Source: Candidatus Nomurabacteria bacterium (GTDB lineage Bacteria > Patescibacteriota > Minisyncoccia > Phycocordibacterales > CALRBL01). From it: DNA of 64,000 nucleotides. This document shows, in pieces, positions 30,902 to 39,856 of this stretch. A program made the position numbers and the translations under genes. The notes under the pieces are model-generated. The model searched no databases. It saw only the letters and a program-made list of their open reading frames with translations, and had not been told where the DNA came from. Position 1 is the stretch's first letter. Each line of letters begins with the position of its first letter. The DNA is taken from contig CAWIDS010000003.1 in the NCBI GenBank assembly GCA_963834935.1, forward strand, positions 121,373 to 185,372, written 5' to 3'.

Positions 30902-31304
30902 CGTGCTAAGGTAGCTAGCGAAGTCGAGGATGGCCACGAAATCCAATAGACAGTAGCTTCAATCTGCCTACAGGCCGCCGTCCCCTTCAGTCGCCACGCC
31001 TCTCCTTGGCAAATGGTTTGAAAAAATTGAAGCTAGCGCTTGGAATTGGCTTTGATTCATCCACGCAGAAGCCGCATCGGAAATTCCGAGAAAGAACTCA
31101 AGCCTGCAGAAGGCCGCACGATGGTGTCTTGATCCGGGTGCGGGATCACTACACGGGAGCCACCCCAAAAAATTACAGCATCTAAAGACCAGCGAACAGC
31201 CACACTGGTAAGAAGGAAACAATAAAAGCCTCGAGACACGCAAGTGTTCTCGAGGCTTCATCATTTCATATTTTTGAAATCAGGGCCGGAAATGCTAGAA
31301 TTGC
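30902..31304. other. 403-nt GC-rich untranslated region between tsaD and valS; candidate structured RNA or leader ending in a terminator hairpin
   Basis: No convincing ORF (only antisense low-complexity ORFs). Internal near-repeat gcagaagccgcatcgg / gcagaaggccgcacgatgg, hairpins (gatccgggtgcgggatc) and a 3' hairpin aagcctcgagacacgcaagtgttctcgaggctt followed by a T-rich tract about 40 nt before the valS ATG. Confidence 0.25.
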
Positions 31305-33446
31305 TTGATGAATGAGAAATTCCTGAAACCCTACGATTCCGTCGAGACCGAAAGCCGAATATACGAACTCTGGGACAAAAGCGGCTTCTTCAACCCTGAT
31401 ATCTGCATCGAAAAAGGCATTACCAAGGCTGACGCCGAAGTATTCAGCATGGTCCTCCCGCCTCCGAATGTCACCGGTATCCTTCACCTCGGCTCGTCCT
31501 TAATGCTTACAATCCAGGACATCTACGTGAGGAAAAACCGCATGGCTGGCAAGCGCACTCTCTGGATTCCCGGCACCGATCATGCCGCAATTGCTACCCA
31601 ATCAGTGGTTGAAAAGGCTTTGGAAAAAGAAGAGGGTAAGCGGAAACATGACCTCGGCCGGGAAGAATTCCTCAAGCGCGTGGAAGCATTTGCCGAACAG
31701 AACAGGAAGAATATCCTCAACCAAGCCAAAGCCCTTGGCGCTTCGCTCGACTGGTCGCGCGAAGCATATACCCTGGACGAAAAAAGAAGCTTCGCCGTCC
31801 GCACTACATTCAAGAAAATGTATGATGACGGCCTCATTTACCGGAAAAACCGCGTCATTAACTGGGATCCGAAAGGCCAAACCACCATTTCCGACGATGA
31901 GATTGTTTACGAGGAGCGTGACGCGGTGATGTACACTTTCAAATACTCGAAAGACTTCCCTCTTTCGATATCGACTACCCGACCTGAGACAAAATTTGGT
32001 GATACCGCCGTCGCTGTCCATCCTGATGACGAACGCTACCAAAAATACATCGGTCAAACTTTCAAGGTGGACTTCCTCGGCGAAGCGCTTGAGATCAAGA
32101 TTATCGCCGACCACGAAGTAGACAAGGAATTCGGTACTGGTGCTCTTGGCGTGACGCCGGCGCACAGCATGATCGACTACGAGATAGCGGAAAGGCATGA
32201 CCTTCCCATGAAGCAGGTGATCGACGAATACGGAAAGATGACTATCGGCCCGGAGGGCATCAAAGGCGTCAAGGCAGCTGAAGCGCGCAAGAAAGTCGCT
32301 GAACTTTTAAAGAACGCCGGCTTGATCGAAAAGGAAGAACCTATCAGGCAGAATGTCAGCACCGCCGAGCGCTCAGGCGGCGTGCTTGAGCCGCTACCTA
32401 AGCTCCAGTGGTTCGTCAACGTGAACAAACCGATTGCAGAACGCTCTAACAAGACCCTCAAGGAACTGATGCTCGAAGCGCCCGTCGAGTTCGTCCCCGT
32501 CCGCTTTCATAATATCTATGATCAATGGATCAAGAACTTGCGCGATTGGTGCATCTCCCGGCAGATCTGGTTCGGACATCGCATTCCAGTGTGGTACAAA
32601 GGAGAAGAGATATTTGTTAGCACTGATGCTCCAGAAGGCGGAGATTGGACTCAAGATCCTGACACCCTCGACACCTGGTTCTCCTCAGGCCTTTGGACCT
32701 TCTCCACGCTTGGCTGGCCCAATCAAACCGCTGACCTCAAGAACTATCACCCCACCACCCTTATTGAGAATGGAACAGACCTTATCTTCTTCTGGGTGGC
32801 TCGAATGATCCTGATGTCCACCTACCTTCTCGGCGAAATTCCCTTCAAGACGAGCTATTTCCACGGCCTGGTGCGAGACGAGAAAGGAAGGAAGATCAGC
32901 AAGTCGCTCGGCAACAATATCGACCCGATCGACATGGGCAAGAAATACGGCACTGACGCGCTCAGGATGTCGCAGATCATCGGCACCCAGCCCGGCAACG
33001 ACAGCAAGATGTCCGAAGACAAGATCCGTGCCTACAAGAATTTCGCTAACAAGATATGGAATATCACCCGCTTCGTCCTGACAAACACTGAGGATTTCAA
33101 TCGAGATGAAAAGAGAGAAGCGACCGACGAGGATCAGAAGCATCTCGACGAATTAGCGCTGCTGACGAAAGATATCACCAAGGATATCGATGAATTCCGC
33201 CTTCATTTGGCAGGAGAAAAGTTGTATCATTATGTATGGCATCAATTCGCCGATGTCATCATCGAGGAAAGTAAAGCTAAGCTTGCCGAAGGCGGAGAGA
33301 CGAAGAAAAGCGCGCAGCTGATGCTCGTCACCATCCTTGAGACATCGCTCAGATTGCTCCATCCTTTCATGCCTTTCGTCACCGAGGAAATCTGGCAGCT
33401 TCTCGGCAAGGAAAGCCTATTGATGACGGAAAAGTGGCCTCAATAA
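31305..33446 (+). CDS. valS: valyl-tRNA synthetase (713 aa; lacks the C-terminal coiled-coil extension)
   Basis: HIGH motif (PPPNVTGILHLGS), KMSKS (KISKSLGN), editing-domain and anticodon-binding segments. Ends ..LLMTEKWPQ without the usual roughly 100-aa coiled coil. Confidence 0.9.
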   Translation: MMNEKFLKPYDSVETESRIYELWDKSGFFNPDICIEKGITKADAEVFSMVLPPPNVTGILHLGSSLMLTIQDIYVRKNRMAGKRTLWIPGTDHAAIATQSVVEKALEKEEGKRKHDLGREEFLKRVEAFAEQNRKNILNQAKALGASLDWSREAYTLDEKRSFAVRTTFKKMYDDGLIYRKNRVINWDPKGQTTISDDEIVYEERDAVMYTFKYSKDFPLSISTTRPETKFGDTAVAVHPDDERYQKYIGQTFKVDFLGEALEIKIIADHEVDKEFGTGALGVTPAHSMIDYEIAERHDLPMKQVIDEYGKMTIGPEGIKGVKAAEARKKVAELLKNAGLIEKEEPIRQNVSTAERSGGVLEPLPKLQWFVNVNKPIAERSNKTLKELMLEAPVEFVPVRFHNIYDQWIKNLRDWCISRQIWFGHRIPVWYKGEEIFVSTDAPEGGDWTQDPDTLDTWFSSGLWTFSTLGWPNQTADLKNYHPTTLIENGTDLIFFWVARMILMSTYLLGEIPFKTSYFHGLVRDEKGRKISKSLGNNIDPIDMGKKYGTDALRMSQIIGTQPGNDSKMSEDKIRAYKNFANKIWNITRFVLTNTEDFNRDEKREATDEDQKHLDELALLTKDITKDIDEFRLHLAGEKLYHYVWHQFADVIIEESKAKLAEGGETKKSAQLMLVTILETSLRLLHPFMPFVTEEIWQLLGKESLLMTEKWPQ

Positions 33447-33449
33447 AAA

Positions 33450-34154
33450 ATGTTCAATTTGACACAAATAATAACCTATGCGTCGCTCGGCGGCATCATT
33501 CCATGCCTTTTCTGGCTCATCTTCTGGCTGCGTGAGGACAGCGCGAAGCCTGAACCCGTCCGGATGATACTGGCATGCTTCGTGGCGGGAATGATCACCA
33601 CCATTATCGTCTTCCCCTTTGAATACTTCGTCACCCTCCTGGTAAAAAGCGACAGCAGCATAGCAGTGGTGCTCTGGGCAGTCATCGAGGAAAGCTTCAA
33701 GCTCATAGCCTGCTATCTTATCGCTTTAAGAAGCAAGTACTACGATGAGCCTATCGATGCAGTCATCTACATGGTCGTCATCGCTCTTGGTTTCGCCGCC
33801 CTTGAGAATACTTTCTTCCTTATCGGTCCACTTTCAGCAGGAAATACCCTCGACAGTGTCATTACAGGCAATCTGCGTTTCATCGGCTCGAGCCTGCTCC
33901 ACACTCTCGCCTCCGGCACCATCGGAGTGTTCATAGCCTTCGGTTTCTACAAGATCATCAAGGAGAAGGAGAAGTTCCTGGCTGTCGGCCTGCTGTGCGC
34001 AATCATATTGCACACCCTTTTCAATTTTTTTATACTGCAAGAGAATGGCGACCACACCTTCCTGGTATTCGGAAGCGTCTGGGTGCTTCTAGTGGCTTTT
34101 ATCGTGGTACTAGAGAAGATAAAGGGTATTACAAGGAATAAAGCTGTGATATGA
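33450..34154 (+). CDS. PrsW-family intramembrane metalloprotease
   Basis: Polytopic, with the EExxK (VIEESFKL), FxxxE (ALENTF) and HxxxN (HTLFN) motifs. Confidence 0.65.
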   Translation: MFNLTQIITYASLGGIIPCLFWLIFWLREDSAKPEPVRMILACFVAGMITTIIVFPFEYFVTLLVKSDSSIAVVLWAVIEESFKLIACYLIALRSKYYDEPIDAVIYMVVIALGFAALENTFFLIGPLSAGNTLDSVITGNLRFIGSSLLHTLASGTIGVFIAFGFYKIIKEKEKFLAVGLLCAIILHTLFNFFILQENGDHTFLVFGSVWVLLVAFIVVLEKIKGITRNKAVI

Positions 34155-34164
34155 TATATCCAAT

Positions 34165-34662
34165 ATGAAGAAAAAAACATTTTTTGAAAAACTAACGGGA
34201 GGAATCAACGTCGACGAATATGAAGAGGAAGAAATCATGGAAATGGATGAACGGCGAGCTCCTACGGCATCCCTCAAGATAAAGGATTCCTCAAGCGAGT
34301 GGCTTGAAGAAGCTGCGCATGAAGGACAGCTCACTGTGGACGTCTACCAGACTGCCAACAGCATCATCATCAAAACGCTTGTCGCCGGCGTGCGTCGAGA
34401 AGACCTCGACATCTCCATCTCGCGCGACATGGTCACTATCAAAGGCAAGCGAGAAGAGGAACGAAACATCTCGGAAGACGATTACTTCCATAAAGAGCTC
34501 TACTGGGGAGCATTCTCTCGCACCATCATGCTTCCTCACGAGATAGACATCGACGGCTCGGAAGCCACTGAGAATCTCGGCCTTCTGGTCATCAAGCTGC
34601 CGAAGATCGACAAGGAAAAGCAGACCAAGCTCCGAGTGATGAAATCGCTGGGAAATAGCTAA
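34165..34662 (+). CDS. Hsp20/alpha-crystallin small heat-shock protein
   Basis: Alpha-crystallin domain (..GQLTVDVYQT..DLDISISRDMVTIKGKREEE.., C-terminal ..LVIKLPK). Confidence 0.8.
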   Translation: MKKKTFFEKLTGGINVDEYEEEEIMEMDERRAPTASLKIKDSSSEWLEEAAHEGQLTVDVYQTANSIIIKTLVAGVRREDLDISISRDMVTIKGKREEERNISEDDYFHKELYWGAFSRTIMLPHEIDIDGSEATENLGLLVIKLPKIDKEKQTKLRVMKSLGNS

Positions 34663-34674
34663 CCCAAAATGACG

Positions 34675-34702
34675 AAAAAAACCGGACTCATTCCGGTTTT
34701 TT
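34675..34702. terminator. bidirectional terminator (A-run, ccggactcattccgg, T-run)
   Basis: Between hsp20 (+) and tRNA-Phe (-). Confidence 0.55.
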
Positions 34703-34716
34703 CTTTCGTTTCGACA

Positions 34717-34792
34717 TGGTGCCGAGGACCAGATTTGAACTGGTGACCCCACGCTCTTCAGGCGTATGCTCTACCAACTGAGCTACCTCGGC
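34717..34792 (-). tRNA. tRNA-Phe (anticodon GAA), CCA encoded
   Basis: The reverse complement GCCGAGGUAGCUCAGUUGGUAGAGCAUACGCCUGAAGAGCGUGGGGUCACCAGUUCAAAUCUGGUCCUCGGCACCA. Confidence 0.9.
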
Positions 34793-34833
34793 ATTTTAAT
34801 TTAACTACCAAAACAGCATACCTCACCACTGTT

Positions 34834-35121
34834 TTACTTCGTGAAATAATTCTTGAACGTGTCTGAAATCCCCTGCTGGGTGTTTTGGATGCTCTGATAG
34901 GTCTGCACTATATTGCTGATGTATGGCTTGGCGTAATAGTAGGCGTAGACCGCGCCTCCGGCGAAGATGACGATATAGACAAGCCTATAAATGAATGCTA
35001 TGCGGTTGCTGGTGCGAAGGCCGCGTAAGATGCGGTTATTCTCTTCGCCTAAGGCAAGGTTTTTCTCTAAAAGCTCTTTTAATTCTTCATCCATACGAAT
35101 ATGACTATAACAGAAAATCAT
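34834..35121 (-). CDS. small membrane protein, hypothetical (95 aa)
   Basis: One TM helix (IAFIYRLVYIVIFAGGAVYAYYYA). Confidence 0.4.
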   Translation of the reverse strand: MIFCYSHIRMDEELKELLEKNLALGEENNRILRGLRTSNRIAFIYRLVYIVIFAGGAVYAYYYAKPYISNIVQTYQSIQNTQQGISDTFKNYFTK

Positions 35122-35999
35122 GAGGCCCGCCAGCGGGCGAAAATGCCTGCTGGAAGGAGCCTCTTTGAGGCGCTTTCCTCGATGACAAGCTCTCCCGACT
35201 CGATGACGCCGCCTTTTTTCTCCTTGATTGAAAGAAGGTTATTCGCATAAGCAACAGGCGAGTAACCTGCCGAATATCCGTTGATGAGGAAGAAAAGTCC
35301 TTCTTCGTGGAGAAGCTGTTTAGCACCCTCGATTAACGGAAGAAGATCAGTCTCAATGTCCCAGACTTCCCTTTTCGGGCCGTGGCCGTAGGAAGGCGGA
35401 TCCATAATGATGCCGTGATAGCGGTTGCCTCGGCGGATCTCGCGTGCAACGAATTTCTTGACGTCATCGGCGATCCAGCGCACTTTCCTGTCTTGAAGGC
35501 CGGAGAGCTCGGCATTCTTGCGTGCATTCTCGATGATGCCGGAGGAGGCATCCACATGCACGACTTCCGCTCCCACTTTGAGGCACGCAAGGGTCGCACC
35601 GCCTGTGTAGGCGAAGAGGTTGAGCACTGAGACCGTGTCACGCGTCTTCAGCCTTTCTTCAATCACTTCACCGAGCCACTGCCAATTCGAGAACTGCTCG
35701 GGAAAGACACCAGTGTGTTTGAATGAGCCGAGAGTCGATGAGAATGAAATGCCTTCGAAGGAGGTCACCCACGTCTCTGGGATCTGCTTGTCCGAGAGCA
35801 TGCGCCATTTTCCTTTTCCCCCAATGCTTTCAAAAGCTGCGTCAGCCTTTTCCCACTCCTGCGCCGCCAGACCTTTCTGATACAGGGCTTGCGCATCCGG
35901 GCGGCGAAGGATAAAGCCCCGGAATCGCTCGAGCTTCTCACCTTCTCCGCTGTCGAGAAGCTCGTAGTCTTTTGAGGATTTGGTGATGAGGTTATTCAT
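35118..35999 (-). CDS. class I SAM-dependent RNA methyltransferase (RlmI/RlmK-like)
   Basis: ..VLNLFAYTGGATLACLKVGAEVVHVDASS.. and ..IIMDPPSY.. (SAM binding and the DPPY-like motif). Confidence 0.65.
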   Translation of the reverse strand: MNNLITKSSKDYELLDSGEGEKLERFRGFILRRPDAQALYQKGLAAQEWEKADAAFESIGGKGKWRMLSDKQIPETWVTSFEGISFSSTLGSFKHTGVFPEQFSNWQWLGEVIEERLKTRDTVSVLNLFAYTGGATLACLKVGAEVVHVDASSGIIENARKNAELSGLQDRKVRWIADDVKKFVAREIRRGNRYHGIIMDPPSYGHGPKREVWDIETDLLPLIEGAKQLLHEEGLFFLINGYSAGYSPVAYANNLLSIKEKKGGVIESGELVIEESASKRLLPAGIFARWRAS

Positions 36000-36619
36000 T
36001 ATTTTCTATTATTTGAAGTCCAAATATCATTCCACCAATCAGAAGGATTTACTTCATACATTACCTTACCAAGCTTCTTTCCTGTCTCTGTCTTGAGTTT
36101 TTCTATTTGAGCATTTATTTTTGAATTACCTTTACCGTAAAGCCAGATTGTTGCTTCTTTATTTCCTGCCCAATCATATTCTCTCAAAAGAAGTATTTGA
36201 TCCAAAAGATCTGCTTCCTTAGCTAAAATAGCTTCCCTGCTTTCTCTTTCTTTGTATTCAGTGACAAAATCCTTCAATTCAGGATAAGGTAAACCTCCTA
36301 GCTGTTCATTATCAATTTCATCTTCAAAAATCTTAATGTATTTCTTATGTATCCAATTATGATCATTACTCCTTACTTCGGCCATGTCATGCAGAAGACT
36401 CATCATTACTGTTTTATATGGATCAGCTCCTTCTTCTTTTGCTAAAAACCAGCTTATAACCGCTACTCTATACGAATGGGAAGCAATACTGTCAGACATA
36501 TCATCGGTCAAAAACACCTGACGATGCATTCGCATCAGTTTCCTCATCGTACCAATTTCATACAAAAAATTTACAATCTCCTTTTGATTTTTATTCTTTT
36601 GCGGTTTTTTAGACTTCAT
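35999..36619 (-). CDS. HD-domain phosphohydrolase (YfbR-like 5'-nucleotidase family)
   Basis: ..SDSIASHSYRVAVISWFL.. and ..LLHDMAEV.. (HD motif). Confidence 0.65.
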   Translation of the reverse strand: MKSKKPQKNKNQKEIVNFLYEIGTMRKLMRMHRQVFLTDDMSDSIASHSYRVAVISWFLAKEEGADPYKTVMMSLLHDMAEVRSNDHNWIHKKYIKIFEDEIDNEQLGGLPYPELKDFVTEYKERESREAILAKEADLLDQILLLREYDWAGNKEATIWLYGKGNSKINAQIEKLKTETGKKLGKVMYEVNPSDWWNDIWTSNNRK

Positions 36620-36632
36620 TAAATTAAGCGTG

Positions 36633-36704
36633 TGCCATCGACAGGAATCGAACCTGTATCGACTCGTTAGGAGTGAGCCGTTCTATCCATTGAACTACGA
36701 CGGC
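36633..36704 (-). tRNA. tRNA-Arg (anticodon CCU)
   Basis: The reverse complement GCCGUCGUAGUUCAAUGGAUAGAACGGCUCACUCCUAACGAGUCGAUACAGGUUCGAUUCCUGUCGAUGGCA. The anticodon loop CUCCUAA closes on an A31-C39 mismatch, so the anticodon assignment is moderately confident. Confidence 0.7.
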
Positions 36705-36730
36705 ATAGAAACAGCTTAACCGCTAAAGGC

Positions 36731-36970
36731 TTATGCCGCAATACCGAGAAGATTTGAGAGGTTTTCCTTGTCGAAACCGATAATGATGTCGTTGTCGATG
36801 ATGGTGACTGGCACGCCCATCTGGCCGCTTCTGTCGAGCATCTCGGCGCGCTTTGTAGCATCGCTGGCAACGTCGTATTCAGTATAGGCGACATTGTGTT
36901 CCTTGAAGAAGTCCTTGGTCATCTTGCAATAGGTGCAGTTCGGGGTGCTATATATTGTTACGTTTTTCAT
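36731..36970 (-). CDS. glutaredoxin-like protein (NrdH/glutaredoxin family)
   Basis: VTIYSTPNCTYCKMTKDFF.. (CxxC) and ..GVPVTIIDND.. Confidence 0.7.
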   Translation of the reverse strand: MKNVTIYSTPNCTYCKMTKDFFKEHNVAYTEYDVASDATKRAEMLDRSGQMGVPVTIIDNDIIIGFDKENLSNLLGIAA

Positions 36971-36984
36971 ATGCTGGCATTATA

Positions 36985-37368
36985 TCATTTCTTGAATACG
37001 CCTGTCACCTTTTGCCAGAAACTTCCCCACCACGAAGTCGTAGCGGTCGAGGTCGGCGTATCTTCAGGCTTGTCGACGATGACCATAATATTCTCGCCGT
37101 CCTTGGCTACCTGGAATTTGTCGCGTATTTCCTCTTCCACACCTGAACTGCTCTGCAGGCGTGTCGTCTCATCCTGAAGGCTTTGCTGACGCTGCATGAG
37201 ATCGTTCAATTCAGCCTGAGCACGAGCGGCATTCTCGCTGCTTTCCTTTTCTTTCTGGTAAAGGCTCCAATTGCCGCGTATGAGAAGGAGAATGACAAGT
37301 GCCATTCCTGCAATCATAAGCTTCGGGCGGAGCGAACCTTTCTTTTTCTTCTGTTGAAATTCCTTCAT
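36985..37368 (-). CDS. septum-formation initiator-like (FtsB/DivIC family) protein
   Basis: N-terminal TM helix followed by a coiled coil (..AQAELNDLMQRQQSLQDETTRLQ..). Confidence 0.45.
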   Translation of the reverse strand: MKEFQQKKKKGSLRPKLMIAGMALVILLLIRGNWSLYQKEKESSENAARAQAELNDLMQRQQSLQDETTRLQSSSGVEEEIRDKFQVAKDGENIMVIVDKPEDTPTSTATTSWWGSFWQKVTGVFKK

Positions 37369-37505
37369 AGAGGTGTATGATGACAGTATATCTCATGTTA
37401 TTCCATCCTAAAAACAAGAAGCTGGTACAGGTCATCTGGACCGTCCTCTGCATACTCATCGTCATATCGATGATCCTTCTGTATATCCCCCACTAAAGAG
37501 AGGTC

Positions 37506-37531
37506 AAAAAAGCCGGCCCTGACGGGTCGGC
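37506..37531 (-). terminator. GC-rich terminator hairpin (gccgacccgtcagggccggc then T6 on the minus strand)
   Basis: Immediately downstream of the 37547-38368 gene. Confidence 0.5.
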
Positions 37532-37546
37532 ACTGCAAGCTGAAGT

Positions 37547-38368
37547 TCAGCCGGCAATTAGAGAAGCGGAATCGCCACCGAGGTGCATCGGCTCGCCTAA
37601 CTTTCTGCTCAGAAGGTGCCTGACCGTACTTACGGTCTTCTTGCCTCCTATCACCCTGATCGGTATCGTCTTGCCAAATTCTCCTCCGTCATCGGCGGAG
37701 AACCTGAGCTGCGTCATGTCTTCAGCAACGCTCCAACGGCCAGTACCAAAAGCCTGATCCAAAGCCTGCTGGCAATCCTGACGGAGCCTGTTCTTGATGA
37801 AGCCCTTGAGGAAATTGCGATTGAGGCAGAGGATCAGAGTCTGACGTTCCCTGTTTGATTTGAACCTGTCGCAGACGATGACTTCTGAAGACCTCCTTCT
37901 CAGATGCCGAAATTCCATCGACGTAGCAAGATGCTGCATCAAACGGACATCGAGGATGTAAACATACTGGAGCTCGTTAGCAAGTATGACTCGCCTTTCG
38001 GTCCTGCCGATCTTCCTGCTCAGAAGTTTTGACTTGCCACGCTTTCCATGCTTGACCGAGGTGTGGATGCCCATGTAAAACACAAGAGCATACACTCCCA
38101 TGCTAACTTGCACCAGGAAGCCGGTCCCTTCGGTTTCTTTGTGGAGATTCGCAATCTGGCCTACTGTCGGACGATGAGCATGTCTGCCATTACACATCTT
38201 GACTTGGACTGCTAACTTCTGCCGACTGATGTAAACATCGGCAAGGTTGACGAATTCTTCTTCTTGAGAGACAACGGTTCCGCCGACAAGGTGAGCTAAT
38301 AGCTCTTCCCCGAAAGCAGAAACGGTTCCAATGACACGATCTGACGCTGCACAAAAATTCTTCTGCAA
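37547..38368 (-). CDS. hypothetical protein (273 aa), inside a locally GC-rich segment
   Basis: No motif recognised; GC is visibly higher than in flanking genes. Confidence 0.45.
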   Translation of the reverse strand: MQKNFCAASDRVIGTVSAFGEELLAHLVGGTVVSQEEEFVNLADVYISRQKLAVQVKMCNGRHAHRPTVGQIANLHKETEGTGFLVQVSMGVYALVFYMGIHTSVKHGKRGKSKLLSRKIGRTERRVILANELQYVYILDVRLMQHLATSMEFRHLRRRSSEVIVCDRFKSNRERQTLILCLNRNFLKGFIKNRLRQDCQQALDQAFGTGRWSVAEDMTQLRFSADDGGEFGKTIPIRVIGGKKTVSTVRHLLSRKLGEPMHLGGDSASLIAG

Positions 38369-38504
38369 GGCTTGCTCCTCTCTAATTGGTTAAAGGTTCA
38401 ACGTACAAATTCACGCTTATTATATCGCCAGGAGATGAAAATGGATATGAAAATAAACTTATACAATAAAAAAAGACCGGCGGTAAGGCCGGTCAGGAGC
38501 GAAA

Positions 38505-39785
38505 TCAACGCTCCATCACGATTTTGGCGAAGCGAATCGTCGGATCGATGCGCGCTTTGCGAGTCCCAGAGAAGGAATGATGGTCGAGGAAATGATCCTG
38601 TTCTGATGAGGGTATGACTCTCAGCCTTTCAGGCATCAATTTTCCGCCGACATAGTAACCACCAGAAGTGATGTTGTACCGGCAATGATCCTGGACCGGG
38701 CAGTTGCCACAGCTTCTCTCGAAGCGTCTGACTCGCCCTGCGACGGAAAACAGCGTTTCTGCAGACCATTTCAAGCCGATATACCGCTTCCTTCCTTTGG
38801 GCACTTCCTGATCAGCAGGAAACTCAATAGCAAATGACCCTTCATCAAGGAGCGTTCCTCTATCTCTTTCCTCCCTGGCGACCTTTTTCAGCTTGTCCTC
38901 GCGGCGGGAATCGACCACGTACCCGGAATTGCCCGGGTTATCGCGGCAGAATGATCTCGAGAGAAGCCAAAGACAGTCGGTCAGGGCGATCGGCGATATC
39001 TTGGAATTCCTGCAATACCACTCAGTCACTTCCCGCGCAAGCCGCTGGGTCTCTGCCGTCATGAAATCGACACCTACTGCTTGCTTGGCATTCATTCCGC
39101 GCACCCGAAGGATCTGATTTGAAGTCAGCAATCGCAGGATATGGAAATCGACTGGTACCGGCGCGTAGAACATCGGCACGAGCTTGGCGTCCATCAGGAA
39201 GTAGGCAATCATGGCGACCATCTTTTCCCGGAAAAACATGAATCCGTGAGGCTTGTCATCATTCCGGAAATCTCCGTTGCTGCCAATCGTCTTGCCTTTG
39301 ATGCGCTTTGTAAGCTTCGAGAATCTTCGGACGGTCATGCATCAGTAGGCACGGATTCCTTTCCAGAACCGTGCTAGCTTTCTCATGTTGTAAACCCAGC
39401 CGAGGGAATTCTCTTGTGCACGCTGACCGAGACGATGCTCGACAAGCGCTCCATTGATTTCCGTAATCTGCTCCCTTGTCCTTTGAGGCCCCCAATCATC
39501 GTAGTCATACGGATTGAAGAGGTCCGGCCTTTTCTCATGCATCTCCTTGAGCAAGGATGCGGCAGTGTCGCTTTCGACGCCGCCGCGCATCCACAAGCAA
39601 AGCAGGAAGAGGAAGACCGCATGCTGCGCGCTACCCTTTTCCAGGTTTGAAGGAAGGAATTGGTCAGCTTGGGGCACGTGAGCCCTGTTGTAAGGTGGCC
39701 CTTTTTCCGAGAGCCGTTGAATCAAAGCGTTAAAGACCACTCGGGCCTGGCGCTTATCTGCGTAGAACCGAATTTTTTCATTCAT
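38505..39785 (-). CDS. hypothetical protein, written as two same-frame ORFs (39342-39785 and 38505-39338) joined by one in-frame TGA
   Basis: ..KGIRAY-TGA-C-MTVRRF..; the stop at 39342-39344 and the next ATG at 39336-39338 are in the same reading frame. The C-terminal half has a Cys cluster RSCGNCPVQDHC. GC-rich. Confidence 0.4.
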
Positions 39786-39819
39786 AAATGTGCTTGGACT
39801 TCGCCTAGCTTAGCAAAAA

Positions 39820-39856
39820 TCCAGAAAAAGCCAAATCCCGCCTTTCAGCGGGATTT
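39820..39856 (-). terminator. terminator of rnpB (aaatcccgctgaaaggcgggattt plus GGCTTTTTCTGG on the minus strand)
   Basis: Hairpin with T-tract immediately 3' of the RNase P RNA. Confidence 0.6.

Noticed and set aside
30902-31304. T-box riboswitch, tmRNA, SRP RNA or RNase P identity for the tsaD-valS spacer
   Set aside because: I looked for the diagnostic motifs (T-box AGGGUGGNACCGCG, tmRNA GGAUUCGAC and UCCACCA ends, SRP GGAAGCAGCC, P4 GGAAAGUCC) on both strands and found none. It is kept only as an unclassified candidate.
38505-39785. Genome-wide UGA recoding (genetic code 4/25) as the explanation for the in-frame TGA and for the fragmented rpoB/rpoC
   Set aside because: The rpoB/rpoC pieces are in different frames, so they are indels. 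Across the window only this one same-frame TGA junction is seen, and PrsW terminates at TGA without continuation. The standard code fits.
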